Virus record (IMG/VR): IMGVR_UViG_3300013767_000078
Coordinates: 1 to 47,356 of that record
Direction: 5' to 3' (one strand)
DNA from: a virus
Taxonomy: Duplodnaviria > Caudoviricetes
Length of the DNA: 47,356 nucleotides
Shown: positions 21,095-31,026 of the stretch, in pieces
How the letters are laid out: every line of letters starts with the position of its first letter
How positions within the stretch are numbered: the stretch's first letter is position 1
Position numbers and translations under genes: made by a program
Notes under the pieces: generated by a model
The model's database searches: none
What the model was told of the DNA's origin: nothing
Seen by the model: only the letters and a program-made list of their open reading frames with translations

Positions 21095-21111
21095 CGCCCC
21101 ACCCGCGGCCA

Positions 21112-21549
21112 TTATGCCTGCTTGCCGCCCTGCTTCTGGCTGCCGCTCGCCTTCTGCGAAGCAGCCTCGGCAGTTGCCGCCTGGGCTGCCTCGAACGCCG
21201 CGACGTTCGACGCGTGCTCCAGTTCGCGAGCGGCGATCGAGCCCTCCCGCGCGTCGAGCTCGGCGGCACGCGCGTCGATGCCCTTCGACATCGCATCGAG
21301 CTCGGCACGCTGCTCGGCCAGCCGGCCGCCCTCGGCTTCGAGCTCGGCGCGCGCCGCCGCGAGCGCAGCTGACATGTCGCTGCCGGCCGCCGCCGGCGCG
21401 TCGCCCGGATCGCCGAGGTGGTGCTTCACGTACCAGTTTTCCGCGATGGCCTCGTCGACCGTGTGCATGCCGACGTGGAAGTCGGTGTGCTTGCCGTCGG
21501 CACCGAGCAGCTTGAACGCCTTCGCAACGTAGATTTTCGTCTTCGCCAT
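21112..21549 (-). CDS. Virion-associated hypothetical protein downstream of the capsid gene
   Basis: I.V.K.F.L...G....F..G.H.V....A..WYV..H N-domain plus coiled coil. Confidence 0.6.
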   Translation of the reverse strand: MAKTKIYVAKAFKLLGADGKHTDFHVGMHTVDEAIAENWYVKHHLGDPGDAPAAAGSDMSAALAAARAELEAEGGRLAEQRAELDAMSKGIDARAAELDAREGSIAARELEHASNVAAFEAAQAATAEAASQKASGSQKQGGKQA

Positions 21550-21558
21550 GATGTCCCC

Positions 21559-22596
21559 TTACACGCCGTCGCGATAGCCGATGGTTTCCGGATACACGAC
21601 TTCGACGACACCGAGCCGGCCGAAGTACGTCGTCAGCTGGCGGATGTCGCGGTACTCGAGCGGCGTGCGCTGCAGCGGCACGAGCGGGAAGCGCACACGG
21701 TTCTTGTCCTTCGTGTACGCGACCATGCGGTTCGTGCTGCTCGCGCCGCGGCTCGTGAGCCACTTCGACGGGTAGATCTCGAGCGGACGGCCGTTGATGG
21801 CGTTCGACAGCGAGTTGTTCTTCAGGAACTGAAGGATGCTGATGTTGCCCGCGCTGCTCACGATTTCCGAATTCAGGCGCGAGAAGTTCAGCGGGTCGAT
21901 CAGCAGGCGCTCCGGGCACACTGCGTATGCCGAGGCCGCCCATACGCTGTTGCACAGCTCGTTCACGTCCGCGAGCATCTGCGCCGGCGTCGCGCTGCCC
22001 CAGCTGCCGGTGATCGCGTTGCTGGTGTTGGTCACCGATGCCGCGTTCACCAGCCCCGTCACGCCGAGGATCGGGTCGCCGATGTACACCTGCTCATCGA
22101 CGTCCATGTTGTGCTTCAGCTGCATGCCCTCGAACTTCTGCTGGTCGACCGGGCGGCCGAGCTTCTGCGCGGATTCGAGTTCCGGGATCGTCCAGCCGAT
22201 CTGCATGCCCCAGAGGGTCAGCGGGTTCGGCGTCTTGCCGATGTCCAGCGACAGGCCGGCGATCGCGCTCGCATCCTTGCCGATCCACGACTTGCCGTTC
22301 GGCGACGCGCCGCCAGCGGCCGCGAACGTCGAGTTCGTGAACGACGACACCTCGTCGGCGATCGACACGTCCTCGCGGAGGTCGATGTCGCGCGACCAGG
22401 TGACCGACGCGAGCGGCATGTGCAGCGTCTGGTCGAGCCGTTCGAGCTCGCCGACGAGGAACGAGCCGGTGCTGTCGATCGTCGCCGCATCGAAAGTCAT
22501 CAGCGCGTCGCGCGTGCGTGCGCGGATGATCGCCGGCGCGCCGACGATGGCGATGCCCGCCGCGCGGGTGAGCAGCGTTTTGTTGTGAGTCGTCAT
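21559..22596 (-). CDS. Major capsid protein (DUF2184-like)
   Basis: FL..ELERLD, W...EL..A...GRP.D..K, D...Y.GD...G..GL.N, GVE..YPE...Y.DG; GGAG RBS. Confidence 0.85.
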   Translation of the reverse strand: MTTHNKTLLTRAAGIAIVGAPAIIRARTRDALMTFDAATIDSTGSFLVGELERLDQTLHMPLASVTWSRDIDLREDVSIADEVSSFTNSTFAAAGGASPNGKSWIGKDASAIAGLSLDIGKTPNPLTLWGMQIGWTIPELESAQKLGRPVDQQKFEGMQLKHNMDVDEQVYIGDPILGVTGLVNAASVTNTSNAITGSWGSATPAQMLADVNELCNSVWAASAYAVCPERLLIDPLNFSRLNSEIVSSAGNISILQFLKNNSLSNAINGRPLEIYPSKWLTSRGASSTNRMVAYTKDKNRVRFPLVPLQRTPLEYRDIRQLTTYFGRLGVVEVVYPETIGYRDGV

Positions 22597-22606
22597 GTCG
22601 GCTCCC

Positions 22607-23095
22607 TTAGATGTTGTAGGCGATTTCGACGTTGCCGACGGCATCGGCTGCCGCCATGAACGTCGCGCCGGCGATGGCGATCGTGTTGGTGCTATCGGCC
22701 GCCGCCTCGATGCCGCCGATCGGCTTGCCGGCTGCGGCCGCCGCGACGCGCACGTAGACCTGGCCGTTCAGCGCGGCGACGCCGGCGTTCAGCTGGACGG
22801 TCATGTAGCCGCGACGCAGGATGTCGGCCGGCCCCTTGGTCGGGGGCGTCGACGTGCCGACGGGGTCCTGCGAGCTCTGCGTCGGGAACGGGCGCACGAG
22901 CAGCCCGTAGACCGCCGTGGCGACGTCACCCGCGCCGATCGGCACGAACTTGCCGCTCACGACCTTGCCGAACAGGCCGTATGCCGAGAACGGATTTGTC
23001 GAATCGAAGAAGCCGGTTTCAACCGTGGCCTGCGACTGCCGGCTGATGTCGCCGGGAATGCCCGAAGGCATGCGAAACAGAATTGCGTTGCCCAT
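22607..23095 (-). CDS. Capsid decoration/cement protein
   Basis: RMP.GI.GD.SR, G..VRPFP, RRGY.TV, VYVR; sits between scaffold and capsid. Confidence 0.7.
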   Translation of the reverse strand: MGNAILFRMPSGIPGDISRQSQATVETGFFDSTNPFSAYGLFGKVVSGKFVPIGAGDVATAVYGLLVRPFPTQSSQDPVGTSTPPTKGPADILRRGYMTVQLNAGVAALNGQVYVRVAAAAAGKPIGGIEAAADSTNTIAIAGATFMAAADAVGNVEIAYNI

Positions 23096-23107
23096 GTGGC
23101 ACTCTCC

Positions 23108-24424
23108 TTATTGGCCGGCCCGCTTGGACCAGAATTCTGCGTTGCGCTTGTTGATGTCGGCGATCGTGGTTGCCTTGCCGAAATCGCGCGTGTTGACCTT
23201 GCCGCTCGATGCGCCAGCATTGTTCTTCGCGCGCATCAGCTCGGCCGCGCCGGTGAAGATCGTATCGACGACGCGCGCGGGCATCGTGTCGAAGTCCGGC
23301 GCGCGGCCGCCGAGGAACGGCGCGATCGCGGCGCGGCCGGCGTCCGTCTCGTACGCCTGGTCGAGCGCCTTGCGCTGGCAGCGGCAGAGCGCGGCCGCTC
23401 GGTCCTTCGTCTTCAGACCGTCGAGCGTCGGGAGCTTCACGCCCGGCGCGAGGATCTCGGCGCGCGCCGGAATCAGGCGCGCGGAGTCGCCGGTATACAG
23501 GTCGACGCCAGACTGATCGAGACGGCCAGCGGTTTCGGCCTCGATGACAGTGTCCGTCGTCTCTTCCGTCTCGTCGTCCTCTTCCTCGTCGTCGTCCTCG
23601 GTTTCACGCTCGCGGTCGGCGTCGCGCGCCGCGAGGCGGTTGAGCTTGCGATCGAGGGCCTTGACCGTCTTCGTGAGCGCTGCGATCGCATCGGCCGTCT
23701 TGCCTTCGCGCTCGGCGGCTTCACGCTTTTCGCGTTCCTCGTCGGACTCTTCGTCCATCGACTTGCGGCCCTCTTCGAGCGCTTCCTCGACGCCGTCCTC
23801 GTCGCCAGTCTTCAGCGACTTCATCAGGCGGTCGAGCCACGACGAGCGGCGCGGAGGCTTCGTGGTCGGCTTGCTGTCTTTCGTCTTCATCTCGGGTTCC
23901 TTATCGCCGATCGCGCAGCGCGGGCCGCAGCGGCCGCGAGGGACGATGGCTACGTGGTTGACAACGATGTTCCGCTGTACCCCGCGGCCGGGTGATACCT
24001 GTTCGTAGTCGGCCTCGTAACCGAGGCTGACCTCTTCGATTTCTTCGTCCTGCACCGCTGCGATGGTGTCCGGGTGCTTGATAAGCAGGTCCGCGACGAG
24101 CAGATCCGGCTCCGACGAGCTTCGACGCGGGTTGAGCATCACGCCTTGCGTCAGGCCGGCGTAGTTCGACGGCTGCACGAAATCGTCGGGATGGTCCAGC
24201 GTGACGTCCTTGCCCATGCAGCTGGCCATCGTCGCGTCGCGGAACACTTCTTCCGGCGTGCGGCTGATGCGGATCAGGCCGTCCGGACCGGCCTCGATCG
24301 GAACCTCACCGGTGGCGTACAGCATCTCGCCAGTGCGCGCGACGGGAACGTCCTCGCACAGCAGGAAGCCCTCGGGCGTGAGCGAACGCTTCGGCCCGAG
24401 CTTCTGGATCGTGTAGAAGCGCAT
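23108..24424 (-). CDS. Prohead protease/scaffold (DUF2213-like)
   Basis: TPEG.L.C..VP.AR.G, PEEVF, VT..HP, EVS.GY, NHVAIV..GR.G..C.I.D; acidic C-terminal scaffold. Confidence 0.85.
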   Translation of the reverse strand: MRFYTIQKLGPKRSLTPEGFLLCEDVPVARTGEMLYATGEVPIEAGPDGLIRISRTPEEVFRDATMASCMGKDVTLDHPDDFVQPSNYAGLTQGVMLNPRRSSSEPDLLVADLLIKHPDTIAAVQDEEIEEVSLGYEADYEQVSPGRGVQRNIVVNHVAIVPRGRCGPRCAIGDKEPEMKTKDSKPTTKPPRRSSWLDRLMKSLKTGDEDGVEEALEEGRKSMDEESDEEREKREAAEREGKTADAIAALTKTVKALDRKLNRLAARDADRERETEDDDEEEDDETEETTDTVIEAETAGRLDQSGVDLYTGDSARLIPARAEILAPGVKLPTLDGLKTKDRAAALCRCQRKALDQAYETDAGRAAIAPFLGGRAPDFDTMPARVVDTIFTGAAELMRAKNNAGASSGKVNTRDFGKATTIADINKRNAEFWSKRAGQ

Positions 24425-24425
24425 G

Positions 24426-25184
24426 TCAGTCCTCGGAAATAATCGGTTCGGCCCAGCACCGGCAGTTCCAGATCTGCCCGGGGTGGAATCGCATGACGCG
24501 GCCGTTCTCGTCGACCTCCGGCGGGTCGTTCCACGCGCAGACCTTGCCTTCCATCGCGCGGTGGCCGGCGCGCACGTCGCTGTCGCCGCTGGTGCGCCAG
24601 ATGTAGTGCGTGCTGCCGACGGCGAGCGCACGAGCTTCCGTCAGCGACGTCGCCGCGCGCGAAACCTCCGTGCGGGCGATCAGGTCGGCGCGACTCTTTG
24701 CCACCTCGCCCGATCGCTGAATCTCCTTCGAGATCGCAGCCGCGCGCGTGCTGTCTTCGAGCGCCTCGATCGTGAGACGGTGCACGCGCTCGGCGGCTTC
24801 CAGCGGGATCGACTTGATCGACCCCACCTGTTCCGCCATCAGCGCGCGCATCGTCTCACCGGTCGGCGCGCGCCGCAGCTCGTCGCGCAGCGCGCGCGAC
24901 ATATCGGCGGCCTGCTGCATCCATGCCTGCTCGTCGCGCCGGTTCAGGTCGTCGAGCATCCGCGCGGCGGTGACCTCGGCCCACGGGCCGAGCGCTTCGG
25001 CATATCGCCTAAGCAGCTGCTCGATCGTCGGCGCGTACGCGGGATCGCCAGGCGGAAAGCCATCGACCAACGCGCCCACCTGCTCGGCGATCTTGCGGAG
25101 CTGCGTCCTTAGCTGACGCTCGGGCCCGGCCAGGCGCACCGGATTGCGGCGTCGCTTGCGGTCCGTCGTTCTGGTCATCAGCAT
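24426..25184 (-). CDS. Head morphogenesis protein (Mu gpF / SPP1 gp7-like)
   Basis: RA.LIARTE, Y.W.T..D..VR..H, HPG...NCRC. Confidence 0.85.
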   Translation of the reverse strand: MLMTRTTDRKRRRNPVRLAGPERQLRTQLRKIAEQVGALVDGFPPGDPAYAPTIEQLLRRYAEALGPWAEVTAARMLDDLNRRDEQAWMQQAADMSRALRDELRRAPTGETMRALMAEQVGSIKSIPLEAAERVHRLTIEALEDSTRAAAISKEIQRSGEVAKSRADLIARTEVSRAATSLTEARALAVGSTHYIWRTSGDSDVRAGHRAMEGKVCAWNDPPEVDENGRVMRFHPGQIWNCRCWAEPIISED

Positions 25185-26592
25185 CAGGGGGAAGCTCCGT
25201 TTCGGCGGCCGGCGGCGGTTGGTCCTCGGCCTGCTTGATTTCCTCGTCGGTGATCGACGAGAACACGCCGGTGCGATGCGCTGACGCGCGCAGCTCCTTC
25301 ATGCCGCCGGCCGGCGTCACGAGGCCAGCATCGACAGCCTTCGTCACCGCGTCGGTGATCGTGTTGGCCGTCGCGGCCTTCTGCTCGTCCGTCATCTGCC
25401 ACAGCGCGCGGAAGTCGTACGAGAAGCCCTTCGGGGGAGCTTTGCCGAGCACGGAGCGGAACAGCACCTCGAACAGCACGTTCAGCGGCCGGCGCAGCCG
25501 GCGCTCCTGCTGTTGCTTGATGTTGTCGTAGTACGTGCGCAGGTCCGACTCGCCGGTGGCGTTCAGGCCGGCTGGCGACTGGCCGAGCAGCCGCACGAGC
25601 GGGATCTGCAGCGCGCCCGCGAGCTGCTGCGCGAACTGCAGCAGCACGGCGTCCAGGCCGGTGAAACCGTACTGGTCGATCTGCATTTCATCGTCAGCAT
25701 CGATCAGCGACAGCCCTTCGTTGGACTGGAACCGACGGATGAAGTCGACGTTCTTCAGCAGCGCCTCGAGCGCCGGGCCGCCCATCGCAATGATCTTGCG
25801 CAGGTCCTTCACCTTCATCGTGCGAAGGTGCGCCTTGAACACGAGCTGCGCCGCGCCCATCGTCGTGCTGTCGAACGCGACGAGCCGGTCGATCAGCCGC
25901 TCGATGACGGACTGCCCCCAGAGGTTCTCGGCGATGCGCTGCCAGTACGGCAGCGTGACGCCATCGAAGCGCAGCACGCGGCTGTAGTGGATGCGCTGGC
26001 GCGGCAGCGCCATCGAATCGGCGACGACGTCGTAGTAGCGCGGCATGCCCAGCTCAGGGCCCGGCTCCTGCACCAGGTCCGTGAGAGTCGGCTGAACTAG
26101 CCAGCGGTCGAGCACGCAGAGGCCCTTGAACTGCCCCTCGGCGATCGTGTCGAGCCGCAGTGGCTTCGACGCGTCCTGGCCGTCGATCATCATCACGGCG
26201 AGCGCGCCACCGTAGAGGCGCGACCACTTCACCGTGTCGCACAGGCTGTCCCAGATCGCGAGGTTCTCGAACCCCTGGTTCAGGGTGTCTTTGTCCTCGG
26301 GATCGATGTCGGAACCGATCTCGACGCCCATGCGCGTCATGTCTTCTGCGACGACGTCGACGGCCTGGCCAACGATCCACGACGACCGGTACATCGCCTC
26401 CATCTGCACGCGGTTGCGCGAGATGAAGTCGAACCCGTACTGATAGGCTGACGACTGGTTCGGCGTGCCGAGGCCGACGCGCGCTTCGAAGTTCTGGAAG
26501 CTGTCCGGCGTCAGCCAGCGTTTCGCGTTGGCAGAATCCGCAGCCATCGCGCGGTATTGCCGCTGCTCGGCCTTGCGTTGTTTTCGATTCAT
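25009..26592 (-). CDS. Portal protein (DUF1073-like)
   Basis: Follows TerL; Y..SW.....VD..A.DM.R, W.RLYGG, IH.SR...F.G, IP...L.G.SP.G.NATG..D...YYD. Confidence 0.85.
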   Translation of the reverse strand: MNRKQRKAEQRQYRAMAADSANAKRWLTPDSFQNFEARVGLGTPNQSSAYQYGFDFISRNRVQMEAMYRSSWIVGQAVDVVAEDMTRMGVEIGSDIDPEDKDTLNQGFENLAIWDSLCDTVKWSRLYGGALAVMMIDGQDASKPLRLDTIAEGQFKGLCVLDRWLVQPTLTDLVQEPGPELGMPRYYDVVADSMALPRQRIHYSRVLRFDGVTLPYWQRIAENLWGQSVIERLIDRLVAFDSTTMGAAQLVFKAHLRTMKVKDLRKIIAMGGPALEALLKNVDFIRRFQSNEGLSLIDADDEMQIDQYGFTGLDAVLLQFAQQLAGALQIPLVRLLGQSPAGLNATGESDLRTYYDNIKQQQERRLRRPLNVLFEVLFRSVLGKAPPKGFSYDFRALWQMTDEQKAATANTITDAVTKAVDAGLVTPAGGMKELRASAHRTGVFSSITDEEIKQAEDQPPPAAETELPPDADDQNDGPQATPQSGAPGRARASAKDAAPQDRRAGGRVGRWLSAWRSRVRADDRAAA

Positions 26593-28184
26593 CCTGCCAA
26601 CCTTGTCCAGATGTCCAGAACCTGCCCGGCCGGCTGATACGCGATCATCACCGCGTCAGCCAGGTTCGGCGATTTCGTGCCTTCCGGCGCCTTGTCGATG
26701 ACGATCTTCCCCACACCGTTGACGGTGTAGGTCGGCTGCGCCAGTTCCATCGTCAGCGCGGACAGCTCGTCCAGCGCTGGGTCGATCGAGATGATGTCGT
26801 CCGGGTTGTACGGCTTCCCCTCGACGACTGCGCGGTATGTCGCCTGAAAGCGCAGCCGCAGTGCCCACCACGACTGCGCCTTCAGGTTCGCGAAGAAATC
26901 CTGGTTCTTTCGCTCCTGGACCATCTCGCCTTCAGGGTCATGCACGGGCCCGGAGCCGCGGAACGGCTCGTCATTGATCGTCCGTTTGCCGATCGCGATG
27001 CGCTGCTCGTTGATCACGCGCGCGTCGCCGCGCACGCCCGCACCAAGGCCGTCGGCGTCATAGTCGAACGACTCGTAGCCGAGCTCGTCGCAGATGCCGA
27101 AGGTCTTCTCGACCGTCTCGTAGATGTCGCCGCCCTTGCCCGACCAGGACCGGAGGTAGTTCAGCAGGAAGCCGTAGCGGCCCGCGAATGCGTTCTTGTC
27201 CTTGCCCTCGTCGGCGACGTCAAGGCCGCCGCGCCGCAGGCCGGTCGGCTCGATACCGAGCTTCACGTGCGCGCCGATCGCGGCCTGCACCCATGCCGAC
27301 GGAATCACGACGCCCTCGACGGACGCCGCATAGTTGATGTCGATTTCCTGCGCGACGACCACGGCCGGCAGCTCGGCGACCTGCTTGGCGTACCAGGCGT
27401 CGTCCTTGCGCGGGTCATCGCGCCAGTGGAACGTGAAGACCTTGATCTTGCCGCTGTGCCGTCGCTGGGCGAACGAGTTGCCCATGCCGTTCGGCGTCGA
27501 GATGTCCTGGCGGCAGTTCGTCGTCGCCGACAGCGACGCGTCGACCAGCTGCGGCCGCTCGAGGAACGCCGATTCGTCCACGACGTAGAAGCTGGCGCGG
27601 TCGCCGCGCCCGATACCGTCGCCCGACTCGCCCGTGATCACCGAACCCGTGTCCGGGAACAGGATGCGCATGTGCGGCGCGTGTGTGTCGATGTTCCACG
27701 ATCCGCGGAACTCGGCCGGCAACAGACGCAGGAACTCGCGCGCCTTCCAGAACAGGCTTTTCGGCGCGCCGATCTTGTCGACGTACTCTTCCTTGCGCGA
27801 ACCGAACCCGGCTGCGACACCCTCGTGGAATAGGCAGATCGTGTCGGCGAGGCCGACCGTCAGCCACGACATGCCCATGTCGCGGGTCTTCTCGGTGATG
27901 CCCGGCTCCTGCGACTTCCAGCGCTCCATGAACCACTGGCACCATTCCTCCTGCTTCGGGAACAGCAGGAACGGGATCGTCGCCGGCAGCCCGCGCTCGA
28001 CGTTACGCGGATCGAACGTCATGCCCCAATCGATGATGAACTGGGCCGGGTTGTCCCGATAGAACGTGCGCAGCGCCGGCAGCATGGCCGGGTTCGCGCG
28101 GATGCGCTTCAACCGCTCCGCTCGCCATTCGAAGACCTGCACGTAGTCCGGTGCGCGGAAGTCGAACGGGAACGGGATGGGCAT
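26589..28184 (-). CDS. terL: Terminase large subunit
   Basis: [10 protein letters not shown] Walker A-like, YVVDE Walker [15 protein letters not shown] and SPNLAD nuclease motifs. Confidence 0.92.
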   Translation of the reverse strand: MPIPFPFDFRAPDYVQVFEWRAERLKRIRANPAMLPALRTFYRDNPAQFIIDWGMTFDPRNVERGLPATIPFLLFPKQEEWCQWFMERWKSQEPGITEKTRDMGMSWLTVGLADTICLFHEGVAAGFGSRKEEYVDKIGAPKSLFWKAREFLRLLPAEFRGSWNIDTHAPHMRILFPDTGSVITGESGDGIGRGDRASFYVVDESAFLERPQLVDASLSATTNCRQDISTPNGMGNSFAQRRHSGKIKVFTFHWRDDPRKDDAWYAKQVAELPAVVVAQEIDINYAASVEGVVIPSAWVQAAIGAHVKLGIEPTGLRRGGLDVADEGKDKNAFAGRYGFLLNYLRSWSGKGGDIYETVEKTFGICDELGYESFDYDADGLGAGVRGDARVINEQRIAIGKRTINDEPFRGSGPVHDPEGEMVQERKNQDFFANLKAQSWWALRLRFQATYRAVVEGKPYNPDDIISIDPALDELSALTMELAQPTYTVNGVGKIVIDKAPEGTKSPNLADAVMIAYQPAGQVLDIWTRLAG

Positions 28185-28185
28185 G

Positions 28186-28665
28186 CTACGGGTTCATGAG
28201 CTTGGCGTAGATCTTCGCCGCCTCCTGTGGGTCGTTCGTCACAGTCGAGATCGCGGTGATCGGACCGCCCTCTTTGCCCGTGTGCTCCAGACGGTGACGG
28301 TTCGTGAACGCGCCTCCGGCTTCCTTCGCAGCTTGTTCGAGCAGTTGGGCCATCAGCGGAATGTTTCCGCGCTGCTCGGCGATGCCGACAGCGTGGTCGA
28401 GTTTGCGGAGGCGAACGGCGCGGTGCGCGACGCCGATCTGCGATGTGTCCTTCAGGAATTCCTCGCGCGTGCGCTCGAAGATCTCGCGGTACTTCTTGCT
28501 GAGCGTCGAGCCTGCGCGCTTCGTCGGGTCGTACCGCTCGCATTGCTGCGGCGACACCTCGACGTCGAATGTCTCGCGCACGGCCTTCGCGACGCGCGAG
28601 ATCGTGTCGAAGCAGGCGAGCGACTGGGTGATGTACACCTTGATCGCGTCGGGAAGTGCTGCCAT
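28186..28665 (-). CDS. terS: Terminase small subunit (DUF2280-like)
   Basis: MA.L....K..I...LACFD, YDPTK..G..LS.K....F..TR; immediately upstream of TerL. Confidence 0.8.
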   Translation of the reverse strand: MAALPDAIKVYITQSLACFDTISRVAKAVRETFDVEVSPQQCERYDPTKRAGSTLSKKYREIFERTREEFLKDTSQIGVAHRAVRLRKLDHAVGIAEQRGNIPLMAQLLEQAAKEAGGAFTNRHRLEHTGKEGGPITAISTVTNDPQEAAKIYAKLMNP

Positions 28666-28682
28666 AGCGGGAAATCGTTCAG

Positions 28683-29336
28683 TTACGCGGCCCGCAGGAT
28701 GCAGGTGCCGCAGGCTCGCGCGATGTCGACGTGGCCGACCTCGGGCGAGCGCCGTGCGGCGTCGACCAGCTTCGCGGTGTCGCCGGCCGCCGCGCCGGTG
28801 CCGTAGCGCCGCACGATGCCGACGAACTCCTCGACGTCGTGCCCGCGGATGCCGAGCTTCGGCATGCCGTCCTTCGTGAATGCCGGCGTGCCGAATCCGT
28901 CGTCGCGCTGGCCGATGTGATACAGCTCGTGCTCGACGAGCGCGCACCACTCCATGTCGCTGCACTCGCGCGCGTAGTGCGCGTCGAGCGTGATCAGGAA
29001 TGCCGGCACGCGGCCAAACCATTCGCAGAGCTGCTGCTCCTGCCGGGCACGCTGCCAGCCGCCGGCGCGGATCATCACCTCTTCGCACTGGCCGACAACG
29101 CGGCGCATCTGGCGCACGTTCTCGACGGCCGCCCAGAGGTAGGCAACGTCGGCGTCGACCAGGTGCGCGTGATCTCCGTTGTGCAGCGGCGCGCCGTCGC
29201 GCAGGAAGGTGTGGTGCACCCAGTCGTTCACGCCGTCGGCCGGCATGAGGTGACGAAACCAGTTCGAGTCGTCGAAGAACGCGTCGGGCGGCATGGGCCG
29301 ATTGCTGGCGGGCTCTGCCTTCTGCACCCGGGTCAT
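28683..29336 (-). CDS. Phage putative metallopeptidase
   Basis: LVEHELYH (HExxH) and HDVEEF..IVRRYG. Confidence 0.75.
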   Translation of the reverse strand: MTRVQKAEPASNRPMPPDAFFDDSNWFRHLMPADGVNDWVHHTFLRDGAPLHNGDHAHLVDADVAYLWAAVENVRQMRRVVGQCEEVMIRAGGWQRARQEQQLCEWFGRVPAFLITLDAHYARECSDMEWCALVEHELYHIGQRDDGFGTPAFTKDGMPKLGIRGHDVEEFVGIVRRYGTGAAAGDTAKLVDAARRSPEVGHVDIARACGTCILRAA

Positions 29337-29512
29337 GCCAGGCTATCCAGCCGCGGCGGCAGGTCGAACAGCGCATCGGCCGCGCGGCGCGCTGGACTGG
29401 GCTCGTTCCTGAGCGCCTGCCGCTGCCGCTCGCGCTGCTCGGCTTCCTGCTTTGCCTCGAGCACGAGCATCGGATCGCGGTACATGCGGGTTTCGAGGAT
29501 GCGGAAAGACAT
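29333..29512 (-). CDS. Hypothetical protein, first gene of the late operon
   Basis: 59 aa from MSFRILE, YRDP..VLE motif; stop overlaps the next start. Confidence 0.5.
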   Translation of the reverse strand: MSFRILETRMYRDPMLVLEAKQEAEQRERQRQALRNEPSPARRAADALFDLPPRLDSLA

Positions 29513-29528
29513 AGCTGAACCCCAATGC

Positions 29529-29561
29529 AAAAAGCCCGCTGGCTTTCGCTCAGCGGGCTTT
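29529..29561 (-). terminator. Terminator downstream of the late promoter (tR'-like)
   Basis: aaagcccgctg...cagcgggcttttt stem with a T run on the minus strand. Confidence 0.75.
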
Positions 29562-29594
29562 GGACGCACGTATCACGTGTATCGAATATCGCGG

Positions 29595-29623
29595 ATTATT
29601 GTGCATGAAATGCACATCGTCAA
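29595..29623 (-). promoter_or_regulatory. Putative late promoter (pR'-like)
   Basis: TTGACG-17 nt-AATAAT on the minus strand; the spacer holds the palindrome GTGCAT-N3-ATGCAC (29601-29615). Confidence 0.55.
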
Positions 29624-30213
29624 GTGGTTTCACTCTCCTTCAACAATCCGATCTCGTTGAGCTTCCGCTCGATCTCGCGCCATGCGACCTGCGCAACACC
29701 AACGGATTCACCCTTTCGGTCGCCTTCGATCCAGAGCCGCACGGCCGCGTTCTGCTTGCTCACGGTGTTCCGATGCGCCTCACATTCGTCGGCGATCTCC
29801 GACAAATCGCACTTCACGCCAAACAGCCGCTCGATGATCGCGCGGCGCACGCGGTAGTGCGAGAAACCCGAACAGTATGCCGCTGACGCGCGCGTCAGCC
29901 AGCCGATAGCAGCCTGCCATTCGAGGTTCGGTGTGCTGCCGCTGCAGCATGCCGATGCGCACGAGCACGGCAGCACATGCGGCGCGGCGCGCGCGACGAT
30001 CACCGACATGTGCAGCTCGGGCAGCGTTTCCAGCTCGCGCCGGATCATGCCCGCCTGGCCGGCTCCGGCCAGCCCGATCAGCCCCATTCCGTTGCCGCCG
30101 ATCTCGCCGCGCATGCGCTTCGCCATGATCGTCTCGCCGTACTGCTGCGACGAGTAGCAGAGCGCGAAGCGCACGGCGTCGAACGCCGATTTGAACTCGA
30201 TCACATCGCTCAT
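29620..30213 (-). CDS. Late transcription regulator (Q antiterminator-like)
   Basis: Last early-right gene before promoter, terminator and late operon; Cys cluster C.C...CC and C-terminal HTH. Confidence 0.6.
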   Translation of the reverse strand: MSDVIEFKSAFDAVRFALCYSSQQYGETIMAKRMRGEIGGNGMGLIGLAGAGQAGMIRRELETLPELHMSVIVARAAPHVLPCSCASACCSGSTPNLEWQAAIGWLTRASAAYCSGFSHYRVRRAIIERLFGVKCDLSEIADECEAHRNTVSKQNAAVRLWIEGDRKGESVGVAQVAWREIERKLNEIGLLKESETT

Positions 30214-30539
30214 CGCGCACCCCGCGTCGTCATGGCCAGTGCCTGGTGGCTGCCGAGCCAGCCCGCGTACCCCGTGAGGTGGCTCGTGAAGTCCGGGCGG
30301 ATCCGCGTGTCGACGTGGCCTTCCCCGCCGCACGTGCCGGCCAGCGAGAACATGCGGCCGCGCTTTTCGCCGCGTCGGACGTCGATGCGCGTCGCGGCTC
30401 GGTCGCTAGCGAGCAGGTGCCGCACGGTCGATAGCGGCACGTCTGCGTTGCGCGACAGGTCGTGCGCCGTGTAGCGCTGCCCGGGCTTCATGACCGACAG
30501 CACCGTGTCGAGGGTGATTTTCGTGGTTTTCGTCTTCAA
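30210..30539 (-). CDS. Hypothetical winged-HTH protein
   Basis: 109 aa, TTG start with GGAGG RBS, MKPG..YTA..L motif. Confidence 0.55.
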   Translation of the reverse strand: MKTKTTKITLDTVLSVMKPGQRYTAHDLSRNADVPLSTVRHLLASDRAATRIDVRRGEKRGRMFSLAGTCGGEGHVDTRIRPDFTSHLTGYAGWLGSHQALAMTTRGAR

Positions 30540-30549
30540 AGGGCCCTCC

Positions 30550-31026
30550 CTATGCTCGCTGCAGGTTCAGTTCGATGACTTCGACGCGCACGCCGGGCAC
30601 GACCGCGTAGCGCTTCGCGACCCAGAGATCGACGACCTGGCCGTCGTCGACGTATGCAACCCCGTTCATCCCGTCTTTCAACGCCTTGACAACGTTGTCC
30701 GCGTCCGGCTTCTTGGTGGCGCCGATCTCTCCGGCGGCAGCGGCGCGTTGACGCTTCTGCGACCAGCTCGTCGGGATGGGCATGCCGATGTGCACCACGA
30801 GACGGATCGGGCCGGCGTACGGCTCGGTGCTGCGCATCGCAGCGCTCGCGGCCATCTTCACGAGGTTCTCGTAGCGCTCGGTCTTCTCCGGCGTGTAGGT
30901 CGTGACGTGCGCGCCTCGGCGCGCAAACTTCGGGCGCCCCTTTGCGACAGGCGTACCGGGCACGACGAACTCGACGCTGCGCGCGACGAGCGATGCCGTG
31001 ATCAGTTGCTGCTGCTCGTAGCTCAT
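30550..31026 (-). CDS. rusA: RusA-family Holliday junction resolvase
   Basis: PG.P..KGRP, KPD.DN..K...D.MNG..Y.DD.QV. Confidence 0.9.
   Translation of the reverse strand: MSYEQQQLITASLVARSVEFVVPGTPVAKGRPKFARRGAHVTTYTPEKTERYENLVKMAASAAMRSTEPYAGPIRLVVHIGMPIPTSWSQKRQRAAAAGEIGATKKPDADNVVKALKDGMNGVAYVDDGQVVDLWVAKRYAVVPGVRVEVIELNLQRA

Noticed and set aside
25009-25184. 176-nt portal / gpF overlap as a frameshift or pseudogene
   Set aside because: Both ORFs retain their conserved regions, and the overlap covers only a low-complexity portal tail.
25009-26592. Anti-CBASS (Acb1) function sometimes attached to DUF1073 proteins
   Set aside because: Position after TerL and the motifs indicate a portal; no additional 2H-phosphoesterase (HxT) domain is evident.
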